DNA of 64,000 bases from Catajapyx aquilonaris (taxonomy: Eukaryota): positions 1 to 64,000 of the forward strand of contig JYFJ02001945.1 of NCBI GenBank assembly GCA_000934665.2. The letters are read 5' to 3'. A model generated the notes under the pieces. That model worked only from the letters and a program-made list of their open reading frames with translations, had not been told where the DNA came from and ran no database searches. Positions 51,603 to 64,000 of the stretch are shown in pieces (within the stretch, counting starts at the first letter, position 1; each line of letters opens with the position of its first letter). The translations under genes were made by a program, and so were the position numbers.

Positions 51603-54462
51603 CCCCTCGCACAACAATATAGGAGTGAGCAGTGTCCCTTCGTTGACACTATTTACTCACATTGTTGAGGTCATTTCCATGGAAAGTCCAAAGCAATTTA
51701 CAATCAATATGGCCTTCACCACCGCAGACCGCAGACCTGGAAAAATGGTTTTGCTATAGTATAATATTTTAAGAGGCCGACTGCCCAGTGAGACTGTTCG
51801 GAAAAAGGTTTTTTTTTTCTGTCCTCCATTTTGTTAATGCTCTTGATTGTACTGCAGGCTTCCATCCTTCTGCTGGTTTTTTTGTGCCCTGCTGGAATAA
51901 AAGGGATAGGTGTAGGGGATGGTTGGGGGGGGGGGGAGTTTGGGACAAATAAGCACCCCTGCAGTCACAATATCTGGAATTAGATTGTGCGGAACTTTCC
52001 GTTCCTTCTGTAGCTTTCGGAGTAAGGCCTGCTCTAAAAGGCTCTCTTTTGTGGAAAGTCAATTTGGAAGGATTAAGGCGGGAGATCGCGAAGTGTCGCC
52101 TGATGTTTCGATTCACCTTCGACTCTCACTATACTTTATATTGAATTCCGGCTCTGGGATATCTCGAGGGGAAGTCGTGTAATGGATTTGCGATTAGTCG
52201 TCTTTCGTTGCACTTCACCGCATTCCAAATACGCCGTATATTATACGGATCCGTTGCTATGGGGATAACTTGTTCCGACTCCGTACACAACTCATAACAC
52301 TTCGGAACTAGCCTATATACTTTTTGCACTCATAAGCAAGATTAATGTAATTCAAGTTTTGGGCATCCACATTCTGAAACCATCAGAACTAATTATCGTC
52401 AAATGATTTCAATTACTGTCCTAGAATTAAAGCGGTTCATTTTACATTGCCATGTGTAATATCTCTTTAATGCACATAATATTGATATTAAGGTGAATAA
52501 CCGGAAATATTGACTTTGGGGTTTGGCCTTGTATTTTGTAACTGGACTCATTATGGCTAATATGGTGGTTAACTTTACAACCAAGCGAATTTTACGCACA
52601 TTACAATCCGAACCATGTAATGAAATAAAAGGCCTCTAAGGTAGTACATGCGAAATAGAGCGCGTAGTAGATCGAAATGACCCCCCAGGCAATATTCTAT
52701 AGACTCCAGAAGGGGAAAAAAATAAAATAAAATCCGTCGTGTCCCTTCCACCTTTTTTTTCCCCCCCTCTCACGGCATCAACTTCGTTCCGCGAGGAATT
52801 TGCGCTCTTTTCTCGGGCACGATTATATATATGACGGGAGACTGCGACCGTTTCAATTGGACGCATTCCGAGGGGGCATGGCTGGAAATTCTCCGAGCCA
52901 GCTCTGACATCAAAGCGACGAAATGATCTGAGTAACGTCTGGAGCAGGTCATCAGGAAAAGACCTGGATCCGGACTGGAAAGGGTTTTCCGGGAAGGGCT
53001 TCCAAAATGTCCTAAGCCGCACTACACGTCCCCTGATGTGAATTATGCATCCGTCTCTCTCTCTCTAGTCTAACTCCTCAGCAGGATTAGGCCTCTCACC
53101 TTTACCTCGAAGCCCCTTTCTCTGAAGTAGACGTGTACAACTGCAGTACCGGGTATTCCCCGCCAACTCTGGCAGCAGGGTCACTCAACTAATGGTCTAA
53201 ACAAGCTGAAAATGTAGAGATGAGAAATGTTGACACCGTTGAATATTTGGGCGCCTGAGACTGTGAGGGTTGACCTCCGGTCATCCCTTCTGACCCCTCA
53301 GGCCGCAACGTCACTCAGGGTCGTGGTCAAATAATACAACAGGCCGTTTCACGACTATTTCACACAAGAGCAAGGTACACACCCAGCAGATGCCACTGCC
53401 ATCTAGTGAGGGCGTCACACGGCTTGTGATATTATTCTGCACATAGCCGTTACCTGGTTGGTTTGTTGACATTTCACACCTCTACATTTTCGACTTGTTT
53501 TGGTCCAAGCTTACCACTGGTGGCTGGATGACCTGCAGTTTCAGCTCATCCGGTATGCACCATTTGACATAGCGGGTGTGCCGCGAGTGTCGGAGGTTAT
53601 CGGTTCCGGGCACATCTGAATAGTTGTTAAGCTTCGTACAAGATTTAATGGTTAAATTATGTAAACCTTGCCACCTCACTTGAAATTGATGTGCGGGATA
53701 TGGTAGCGGCCGGATTGTTCTGACAGCCTCGAATATACCACCGGCACGCTTCCTACTTGTCAACGTTAGAGGATTATTTAATTACTTTGTCACACTCGGC
53801 CCTCGTTGCGTATTTAGGCTTTGCACGGTGCTAATATCGATACGTCATGTTACTTTTGTCGACACGTGCTGGAGTGGAAATTTTGGGAAGGGGGGAAAAA
53901 GGGGAAGGTGGCAGGAAGTCATTTTGCTTTTGAATATTCAAACCCCGTTAGCGCCTTCGTTGATTTTTGGTAAAGGGGTGGGGGGACGTTTTGACAACCA
54001 CTTTTGTCAGACCGGAATTAAAAAGTTGTAGCAGCGAATTGGGGGCAAAATATGCAAGAAATGCAGCAGATTCTTTATAAGACATGCTATGTAATGTTGT
54101 GTAATTCGATTTGACTTTCCTTGCAAATTCATGTGGGAGTAAGTCACTGATTGTTGGTACACAGCATAACAAACACCTGGAGCCAATGAGTTATTCTCCA
54201 GGGGAATCCGGAGCGACTGCGGGCTTCTCCTGTCAGGGCGCAAATTGTCTGCTGAAATCGACTTCCAGTTTGTTTATCGGACGTGGCGGCGCAAATTCAT
54301 GGCGGGGATAAGGGTTTAATGCCAGTTGACTCTAAAGACACCTCCTTTTTTGCCCTAGCTAAGAGCGAAAGCGCACTTTTTTTTGTAGCCAGCCAACGTT
54401 TGAAAGCCTCCATTTAAATGCTATAGATTCCTGGATTTACATCGCTGTATTCTCTTCCATGT

Positions 54463-54607
54463 CTCAATAGAAACTGTAGATTGCTGCACTTGTACAGCTG
54501 TACAAGTGCAGCAATCTACAGTTTCTATTGAGCCAATGTGTTTAAATTAATTTTATTTTGACTTGTACTAGTACAAGTCAAAATAAAATTAATTTAAACA
54601 CATTGGC
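54463..54607. repeat. Two abutting spacer-less perfect palindromes (70 bp and 76 bp)
   Basis: 54463-54532 (35-bp arms, centre ACAG|CTGT) and 54532-54607 (38-bp arms, centre TACT|AGTA), checked base by base. Confidence 0.97.
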
Positions 54608-54909
54608 ACAAGTATTGATTCACGTACTTGAAAACTATCAAATTTTATTATGTCAAATGTGCACTGGAATGGTTTGCAAAATAAATAAACAACAGCACAG
54701 TGACCATATAACTTTGCAATTAAAAATTTTCCTCATCCGATCAATACCAGGCGGTCCTGACTAGAAAGCCTACACTCCAGTGTATATCTTGTCAAGTAAA
54801 ACAAACCCTCGCCATTACGTGTAAATAACACCGTATATTTTCTCCCACCACATGCAAATGTACTTGCAACTGATGCAGGCATGAAAATAAACACATCCTG
54901 AAAAGTTAG

Positions 54910-54910
<1 letters not shown>

Positions 54911-54986
<76 letters not shown>
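54911..54986. repeat. (CT)38 microsatellite
   Basis: Direct reading. Confidence 0.95.
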
Positions 54987-54988
<2 letters not shown>

Positions 54989-55679
54989 TTGACAAAAAAA
55001 GTGTGACAAGAGCTGGGTTGAAGAGTCAGGATGAACGACCGTCTATTCTGTGTACTGTTAGGGCAATTAACTTCAGGATGTGACTTTCCAGGAGCGTAAC
55101 TTTGCCGAGCTGGATCCGTCACACGAGACCTGCTGCGGTTTTCTCTCCAGAAATGTTATCATATAAATGTAATAATGCGAGGGTAAGGCACCGGAATTGT
55201 GAGCAGCACTGCGCATATTGGAGTGGATTACTGCATAGTTACACTGCGGCCCCCTTTTCTTCGCACCTTCTCAATCTTGGTCTTCTCACCGCTGAAATGC
55301 CCTCCTGGCGCCATCCTTATTATTTAAATGGGCCATTATATGCTCTAGAGACTGCGGGGAGAATAATATTTCTGCAGGTTTTTGGGGGGACACGGTATAA
55401 GAAGGGGCTTCAGGCTGTGTGCGGAACATTTATATAGAGTGCGTGTCAAGTGCAGGGGAATAAAGGTACAAAAAAACAGTTGTGCACTTTTTATCCTAAG
55501 AAGGCACAATGCTATTGCTATAGGTACGTAATGCACAATAATGACACTCACCAGTATTTTTAGAGCCTGAAGTGCTTTTAAAACACGGAATGTGTGTGAC
55601 ACAAAAATTGTATGCAAAGGGAAAGACTAAATTGAAAAATGATGTAACTTCCATATTTTTTTGGAATAACGCAGCTTGT

Positions 55680-57074
55680 GTGTACGGTACAGAACAAGCA
55701 CAACTGCAGGATTTGAAATGCGGATGCTGGTCAGCGTAATTTTACATGAATGGTATATTCTGAGAGAGAATCTGAGAGGAAGCGGCCAGTGTGGTTCCGG
55801 CCGTTGTCCACAATATGGATCAGACCTTTCATTACATTATAAGGAGACGGATCCGGCCACAGGGCAGGTTCTTCAATATATTCTGCACCATCAGCAATCA
55901 CTCATGTTGATAAACCCATATGCAGAGAGCTAGAAGACAGCATGTTTTTGATTCATTAGTGCGTTGATAATGATAGGAACTGAAGGAAATTTAAGTTTTG
56001 AAACAAAGTAACTCGAAGTCTGGAGTAGCGAATCGATATTAGTAAAAGGTCTATGCACGCTGGTTTAACGAATGCATGAATGTGCGTGTGGGCTGTAACG
56101 AAGGAGCAGTTAATTGGGACCGAAGTAATCAGGTATCAAATTTTGCGTGTACTTTACTAGATGGACATTAAAAAGAGCTTGTGTCCGCATGAATGGGTTC
56201 GCTGAAGAGGAGCCCTGATATAATCCCCGATGAGTCTTTCCGTGTCTGCTATGGTGGTTTTGTTCCCAGGCAGTCTTTGCTCGTATACATTATGGGAGCA
56301 GTTTCCAAGTCTTTATTTTCTTGTCTGGATGTGATTCACTGGCCTGAAAACTAAGTTACATAATATTATAATTCCAATAGACAACAGCATCACATTTTAC
56401 GAGAATTCCTCTGCAGTGTAGCATAGGTGCCGTAATGTCTGTTCAAAAGGCAAACTAATTTTTTATTTTGAAAAACTGCTGATGCCGCCCACATTTTCGA
56501 ATTGAAAAGTGATGGTGTTACTGCCTGTTACATTTTTGTAGAATTAAAACTGCCTGGTGAGTATGCATGCATGCAACCTATATTTGTGCGTGAAATGGTC
56601 TGTGTTAGAGGCAGGCATGCCATCAACCGCTTTTTTGCATATAAGGTATGGCCCTCAACATGCTTGGGTCGCCTCTGCTGTTATATGGGTAGTGTGCCAA
56701 TTGACTGTGTGATGTAAAACGACTCTTGCATCAAGACTTCCAAAGGCTGCGCTCATTTTGGGGTTCGACAAAACACAAAAGTTAGCCTGCGAAGAATGTT
56801 GAGAGCGTTGCTTTAGCACGAAACAATACTCTCTACTGAATCCCAACAACCGTGAAGTTGGTGTGGCTGGAACTGCACAGTTTGTTTATGAAAGGATCAA
56901 AATACCTATTACCTCCCATGTACTTTCTATCTTCAGTGCATACCTATAGCAATAAAAGTTTGGAACAAGACTGCAATCTGTGCTACGAAATGAAGTAAAT
57001 GGTTAGCAGTTGTTGGTTCATGTGAAGCAACTTAATTTTATATAAAAATGACTCGCTGAATGGAACACCCTGTA
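55680..57074 (+). mobile_element. Decayed near-full-length Tc1-like element
   Basis: Ordered remnants: W...GSG..GSGR, YILHH...PY (ORF 55676-55933), VWSSE, VWAVTKEQLIG (56086-56118), EQFP, WPEN (56340) and IPIDNSI (56371-56391, cf. WPxxSPDLNPxDxSIW). Right TIR-like end TGGAACACCCTG|TA at 57061-57074. Left end unresolved. Confidence 0.55.
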
Positions 57075-60000
57075 GCATAAAATTTCATTACATTGTTCAG
57101 GTTACGCTTATTAACTTGAAATGTTAGGTAAAAGTAGCCTTGCTGCCACGTCAACTGCTGTTTTTTTTGTTTTCTAACAATATTACTGTGGTCCCCAGGT
57201 CTGGTCTGCGTTTGCTCGCCTGCTGAATTCTTTTCTCTCAGGAACAACAATGTTTCGCAGCGTCCCTGCTATTAACAAAGTTATACGACCACTCAGGAAA
57301 AATTGCCAACTTAGTTTTCCTCCCCACAAAACCGTCCCACAATGTGAGTAATCCTCACATGTGTCCACTTAGATGCAAATAACTCCCATTCACAGTCGCT
57401 GAAAGTTTCCGCCGGGCTTTCTAGCCCAGTTTTTTTTTGGTGTCATTTTCCCCAGCCTGATCCTCCCCCCTCCGGACAATTTCCCCGACATCGCATGAAA
57501 ACGTCGGACTAATCGGACAAGTCATGCAATGCTCGTTGGAATCCATAGCACCAAATGAATACCCGACTCTTTATGCAAACTGTAACAATTTTCTCTCTCT
57601 ATCTCTGGTCCTCTCTCCGGTGCGCACAATTTTTGCGTGGAGAGATGATCTGTCGCAGGAATAATCTGCATGGGAGAGGCACACCCGTCGACAGGTTGTC
57701 ACGACCCTTTTTTTCCCCCTCTCTCTTTCCCTCGAATATATATAGGAAAGAATAGTCAAGCCCCCGGACTGTCAGAAGCTGAGTCTGGCAACCTGTCAAA
57801 AGGTTGTCCAATCACGGGTCATAATTATGTAGGCAGAGGGATTTTCCCTCCCCGCGGGGAAAACCCGGTTGGAAGGATTGGTTAGGAAACTCTTGGCCTT
57901 TTGTTCCCCATTTCCTCAACAACACCTGTCTTTGTCCCTCCCTCGATAGAAGATAGAGCAAAAGCTGAATGGCGGAAGAGGGATGATGCGTCAGAAGCTG
58001 GACCGATGGGAAACTCTGGGTTTGACAGTTTACTTATTACATGGCGGGGCTCTACGCCACAATGAACGGCCTACACCGCTAACTATGGGAGCAAAAAGGA
58101 AAAGGGAGAGAGAGAGAGGGAATCATTATCGAAAATCCACTGATGAGGTTTGGCAAAATGTGCGTGTGTTTTTTGAACCAACATGTGCAATTAACAGTGG
58201 TGGGAGTAAATAGACTAAGCAATTATTTGAATGTATACACGACATGTTGAGATGTTTTACTAAATAAAATGTTGTTTGTATACTGTACAATAACTCCAGC
58301 AGGATATGTCAGTACATTTTTGCAATATTTAGTGCAGCCTATACATTAAACTGCTGTAATTGCAAAAAATATTTACTGGATTGCCAGAGTCTGTGAGCAA
58401 CAAGGCTGAATCGGAAAGGCCTACATTTTGCTGCAACCTCTCTATTCAAAGAGAAGACCTTTCTCATGCAATTCACGTCATCGCCACCTTGTGCACGGAT
58501 CCTGAATTCCAATGGCTTACACAAAACACCTAATGGCTGATAATGTAATTGGACGAAGACTCTTGGAAAAACTCTGGCTCTTCTTAATTAAATCGTGCCT
58601 CCTTTTCTTATTTTTTTTTTTACTTTCCTCTCTTCCTTTTCTCTGCGAAGAAAAGACAACTATGGGCAGGATCGACTCTAAAGGATGTCTCTCCAGGGAA
58701 ATCGTACGGCCTCATAGCTGAAAGATGAAGGAAGGACGAGGCCCTCGTTTTATTTTTTTTCTCAGGGAAAGAAGCTTAAAAGTGGAAGGAAGAAAAAGGG
58801 GAAAAAAATCACTTCTCAAGAAACGTAGGGACTAGGAAAGAATAAAAAAGCAGCATTGTTTGCGTTTATTTTCAGACGGCTTTAACAGCGCAGCACAGCA
58901 GATCAAAGTGATCTATCAAAAATAACGTCATGTCCTCTTGAAGATATTTGTTCATCGTATAACCTTTTACTTGCTGGACTTGATGTGTACAGAGTAAATT
59001 ATGAAACAAGATCTGCTTATTTGAACTGCTTATTATGCGTACAGAGTATATGTAACATTGGAACAAGTCTTTGGTCAATATTGCCATTCTGTTCCTTACA
59101 CTGCAAATGGACGCCTATAATTGCAATATAAATTCACTTCCAAACGACTAGATTAGACAGTGCCAGGTGCCAACTTTCCCAAAACTGTAGGGAAGATCTG
59201 CGCCATTGTGAATTTTTTAAAACTGAATAGTAGCCCCCAAATCCTTCTTCTTCTTATCGTTGGGCGTGTGTGGCCAAGCAACAGAGGAAAATCCGCTGAG
59301 ACCCTCTTCAGCTGGAAAGGACGGAGTAGGATGGGGGTTGGGAGGGAGACGACGTTTGATTTATTGCAGAAGGTGGAGTGTTCCCGTAGACTTTACAAAA
59401 CACCCTTTAGTATTGAGAGGTTACGCCCTCGGTGAAAATTTCAACCGTATAGACCAAGAGGTGGGCAAAAAAAACTATAATGAGGTTGTTTTGTCGTCTC
59501 TCAAATGGTAAACGCCGCTGGGGACTTAAATGCACGTCTTTTGTGTAAACAATAAAATCCTTTTGAGAACAGTCCCGTCAAAAATGTGTATGTCATTACA
59601 TCAATATTTATACACACAAAAAATGGCGTAATCCTTGTCAGCGAAGTATCTCAAAGCTACTACAGTACATCCGATTTTTGATCATTAAGATATAACGACG
59701 AGTCAGCTTATAATGGAACGTAATGAGACCCAGACTATGTAGCCTATACTTTTGTTTCCATTTTGTGTCGGCAAAGCTTCTTTACTCGTAATGAAACGAG
59801 CGAGGCCGCTAGCACACTGTTGATGGGCAAATAATATGGCATTGACCTACATTGACTGACACATCATTACAGGCTATTTAAAAATTTATTTGCGCCTGCA
59901 GATATAACGCCATACTTTTTTGAAAGATGCATTAATTAACTGGCCAGTGACGGATGTACCATTTTTCCCTGTCACTCCTGATATCTTGCAAAACTAATAT

Positions 60001-61861
60001 ATAGCTAGTGGGGCTATGCCTCTTTATCGAAAAAAACATTAGGTTAATGCGGCCGAAGACAGATCGGAACAAGCGGCAATTAGTTTATTAATTGATTGCC
60101 TGTGGGAGAGATTGATGGCTATCTGTCGGTTGCATGTACAAATCCTTTTTTTTTCCTCTCTCTCCCTCTCTGGCCTGGCCTCTCGTTGTAGCTCAGTGTG
60201 TATGGCACGCATTTTTCAATCACTATAGCATTAAATACGTGTATTGTTCTAATTAGCCTAATGCAGTGCATCAGGATTTGTGTGTGCAACAGCATTGCCA
60301 GGCTGCGAGTGGCATAAACTCTCCCAAACAAAGAGATGGGAAAGGTTGATATGAACGAATAACACCCGGTTTTATTTATAGGTTGCTTTATATATAGGGA
60401 GGGATAATATTCCTTTTCCCTGACAGTTAAAAAAAACGAGAGATCAGTAAGGTCAAAGGGGCGTTGCAATGGCAATGTGATCGATCAACCGGTTGCTCCT
60501 GGTGATGAACCGTTTTTTCTTAAAAAAAAATTAGTATATAGCTTTTGCGTACGTTTCCCGAATGCAGAGTACGCATGCCTGTTTCTGATCAGGGCGGATT
60601 TATACTCTAATTACACGGAATATTTCGGCCGGCTTAATTGAATTCCGCTCTGGAGTATTTTCAACATTTGGGCAATGCTGAGATTTCGACAAAAGTAATG
60701 ATGGCAATTTTTTTAAACTAATCGCTGAATGCAGCAATCTCGATAATGAGCGTCCATAATATGAAAAGACATTGTGCTTGTAACATTGTGATATAAAGCT
60801 TAATAGTGACAGACGTGTTATTTGATAACTGACAGAATATTAAATTCGACGCCATACATCCTCTCTCTGCAGTTAGGCAGCCTCAGGCTTCCTTTATGTA
60901 TAAAAAGAGAGAGAATCTGTAAAAAAAAAATCAGGAGTGGAAGGTAAGGTATCCGCGCAGAGTTGTTCAAAAGGATCGGTTTCCCATCGTTACCGAAGCT
61001 CCTTTCTTTGTCATCGGCTTATCAAGCAAGCATCGATTCCAGTTCGAGCAAGGTTAGCAACCTTCTTGAAAAGGTTTTCTGTTGGAACAGTTGACGCAGC
61101 TGAGGCGACGGCTCAGGAATCATTCGTTGGATAGTATATACTGAAGCTCACAGCAGAGAGAAAGTGTGTGTGTGTCCATAGATTTCCACCATTAGTTGGA
61201 GTCACATTAACTTGCTACTTTATGGGATTACTTTTACTGCTGCCATTGTTCTAGCCATAATTAAAGTACTTCGGAGCACTGTATAAGATGTTAACGCGGT
61301 CTGGATGGGGGCTTATTCAAAAGCGTACTCTCATGATGAACTGCCTGCCGCAACCTTGAGATTTAACGAGCATTAACCTAATGACTAATATCCTAAATAA
61401 ATGATTAAGTATAGTCCGTTGGTTGAAAGTAGCATATTTTTAATGGAGAGGCAAATTCGTATATGTACTAATGAGTCTTTATCCTCTGGATTGCCGAAGG
61501 AAGAATATAAACTGTATAATTTTCATGATGTTCAGCTGCACTGTATAAAGCAACAGGAGCTCGCCCTATAAGTTTGTCAGTGTTATTACAGCACACCCTG
61601 TATACCACCCCGGGTAAGTGAGCCTCACATTTTTTTTCCTGTACATAAAGATTCCAACCGGAAGCAGAAGTGCTACATCTGTGATAGAAATGCATTTTAC
61701 AGCGTCTTCTCTCATCGTCTCATATCTCCCCCACTTCCCATCTCCTCCTTCTCCTCCTCCCTTCCCCAATCTTCGTGCCGCCAATCCTCTCATATCCTCA
61801 GAAGCCGCTGAGATGAAGCAACCCATTTGCATGAATTCTCTTTCCTAAGGGCAAAAGATAT

Positions 61862-61933
61862 TGTCGTTGTGCTTGTATGGTATGAGCCAGCATTTGATGT
61901 CACAATGTCGCGTTTTGCTCCTGAGTGAGGTTG

Positions 61934-61991
<58 letters not shown>

Positions 61992-62273
61992 NTGTGTACT
62001 ACATCATCGCGGCATGTACAACACCTACTAGTACACATTGGCGGTAGATGTCAAAGGAGATACCGCTAATTAGGCTTAGGAGATGGTACAAGGTGATAAA
62101 TAAATGTATAGCCTCGGGGTATAAGAAAGGATGCAAAAGGGGGAGGGGCTTAAAGGATTAGCCAAGTGCGTACTCCCTCTCTCTGTCGTTGTGCTTGTAT
62201 GGTATGAGCCAGCATTTGATGTCACAATGTCGCGTTTTGCTCCTGAGTGAGGTTGAGCGAGAGAGAGAGAGAG
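61862..62273 (+). repeat. Exact 90-bp direct duplication plus (GA)n tract across an N
   Basis: 61862-61951 is identical to 62184-62273 (75 unique bp plus GA repeat). (GA)n 61937-61991 ends at the N at 61992. Confidence 0.9.
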
Positions 62274-63579
62274 CTCATGCTGAGCTGCTTGATATCACAA
62301 AATAATGCATGAAGTGCGATTACTTCAAAGTGCCAACCTCTTTAATGGTAACGATACACTGAAGGACCTCAACTCGTCTTCATTCTCGTTGAACCAGGAA
62401 TAACAATAGAGCATAAAATCACAACTGATGCTGTATTTATTAATAAGTAGGCCATTTATTTATTTATTTATTATTTTGTTTGTTTAATATTTGCAGGGAT
62501 TTTAAAAGTGCCAAATGACGTCACAGTTGTTGCGGTGAGTTCATTTTGGAAGTAGTGTTTATTAAAAATCAAAGTGTTGAGTAAATGAAGTGGAGTCAAT
62601 CTAGCGGACTAGTTGCACCAAACCTTTGTTGTTGGTATAGTATGCTTGAGTAATAAAATAGATGAGTTGGATCTTCGCGCCTGGAGCTCCGAAGAGGAAT
62701 CTCCTCAAAAGAACAGAGCCAGGAGGATCACCACCAACAGGAACATGGTTATAAATGGATTTGCTTCTTTTCTCTCGTTTTTTCCCCCTTGTTCGTTTTT
62801 TTTCTTCTTCTTTCTCTTTCTCTCTCTCTCTTCCTTTTTTCCCTTTTCTAATCTCGCCCACTAAACCCAGTTTGTTGGCTCCCCAAACAAACTCCGTTCC
62901 ATTTACATCCATCCAACTTGATTTGGCCTGCGGCGCAACCTTTCTTCTCCGGATCCAAGACGACGCCGAGGCTTTGCGGCAAGAGTGGCCGCATTCGCTC
63001 CCAAGCTTTTCACTCCCATAGCACCTCTTTTTTTTATTGCGCCCCCCCCCCCTTCCTCCACCACCAAAGTCTGTGTTGTTTACCTACCAAGTTCTGTGAC
63101 CTGACATGCTGGTGGAAGCCAAATGAGCCGGGCTTAATTCCTCACAGGTGACTGGGCTTCACGGCTGCGGTGTTCTATGGCTAGAAAAACAACGGGATTT
63201 TTTTTGTGGGGTGAAAAATAGGGTGGGGTGAAGCAAACTGTTACGTTTTAATTTTTTAAGGATAGGACCAAGTGCGAATGTTGTCAGAGTGTTGGTGCCA
63301 AACACTCTTCAAAAAAATGCAGAGAGTGAAAACCTTGGAGGTTCCTGACCACCCTAGGTTTGTTGTAATTTAATGGGCAGAATAGTACTGAATTTAATTA
63401 CCGTACATGCTTGGCAGAGCCAGCATTGGCCAAATGTGTTAATAATTAAGTGGATTGCATAATTATCCTCCAGCGCGAAGCTAAACTATTGAGTTGGGAA
63501 TTAGGAGATAATAATATTACGGCATGTTGCTTCTGGTGGGTCGTTTCAACAGAGCTTCAGATGCTGTTACTTGGATTTG

Positions 63580-63960
63580 GGCGCAAAAGCCTCGATGCAT
63601 TTCAATAATTGAAAAAGTGACCAACATTTGGTCGTTACTCGCAACTGAATGTAATAAATCGGCGAATTTTAAATTTGCATGAAAGTGGGGCTCATAAACT
63701 AGGCTGCAATCAAGGCCAGAGAAGTTCATGAAGCTGAAGCATCAAGGGCTCCTAAACTTACTAAGGTGATGAGCCAAGTTCATGATAAGACTTCAGCCAA
63801 GGCTGTGAAGACATTAAACGTATGGCTCAGCTGTGTGACTATCGATAGTCTCTACCAGTCATAAATGGCACGCAAAGACAGCCAAAGTTGACAAGAATAT
63901 TGTCAGTCATAAAAATACACGAATTTTGCGCACTAACTTTAGCGACTGTACGCTGCATCG
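63580..63960 (+). mobile_element. Decayed Tigger/pogo transposase N-terminus (psq and CENP-B HTH region)
   Basis: QKPRCISIIEKV (~63584-63619), then EVHEAEASRAPKLTKVMSQVHDKTSAKAVKTLNVWL (63721-63828), resembling Tigger EIR..V...AP..AKV..QVRDK.L.K.EKALN.WL, followed by an INGTQRQ remnant. Stops and frameshifts present. Confidence 0.65.
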
Positions 63961-64000
63961 TGCTCTTATTAAATGTTGCTTAACATTTTGCAACTTCACC

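Noticed and set aside
1..64000. CRISPR arrays, hammerhead ribozymes, conserved miRNAs/snRNAs, recursive-splice sites, prokaryotic systems
   Set aside because: No repeat-spacer array; CTGANGA cores lack matching stem II/GAAA; no exact match to conserved small RNAs I can recall; no strong YnAG|GTRAG on the plus strand. Manual scanning only, so Infernal/Rfam should confirm.

Overview
This is animal (probably invertebrate/arthropod-like) nuclear DNA that is almost entirely non-coding and reads like the 5' region and long intron(s) of one large gene. No complete protein-coding gene, rRNA, intact tRNA, CRISPR array or prokaryotic operon is present, and most of the supplied ORFs are chance frames. 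Supported content: (1) one candidate coding exon (19341-19504, +) encoding a signal-peptide-like segment, followed by a GAGA/CCAAT/Inr promoter-like island with a splice donor; (2) a second, RFX X-box promoter-like island near 37.3 kb; (3) about a dozen heavily decayed DNA-transposase fossils (hAT, mariner, Tc1-like, pogo/Tigger), recognised by eye from ordered motif remnants, so their boundaries are approximate; (4) a hAT MITE with its target-site duplication and several other MITE-like inverted repeats; (5) a four-copy Helitron-like repeat carrying CCAAT, NRF1/Ewg and CTCF-like motifs, with its core tandemly duplicated just upstream of the candidate exon; (6) two abutting, spacer-less perfect palindromes of 70 and 76 bp at 54463-54607, the most unusual structure seen; (7) microsatellites and two single-N assembly positions (5173, 61992). 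I cannot support a claim of a wholly new biological system. The best leads are the double palindrome and possible transposon-donated promoter activity near 19 kb.
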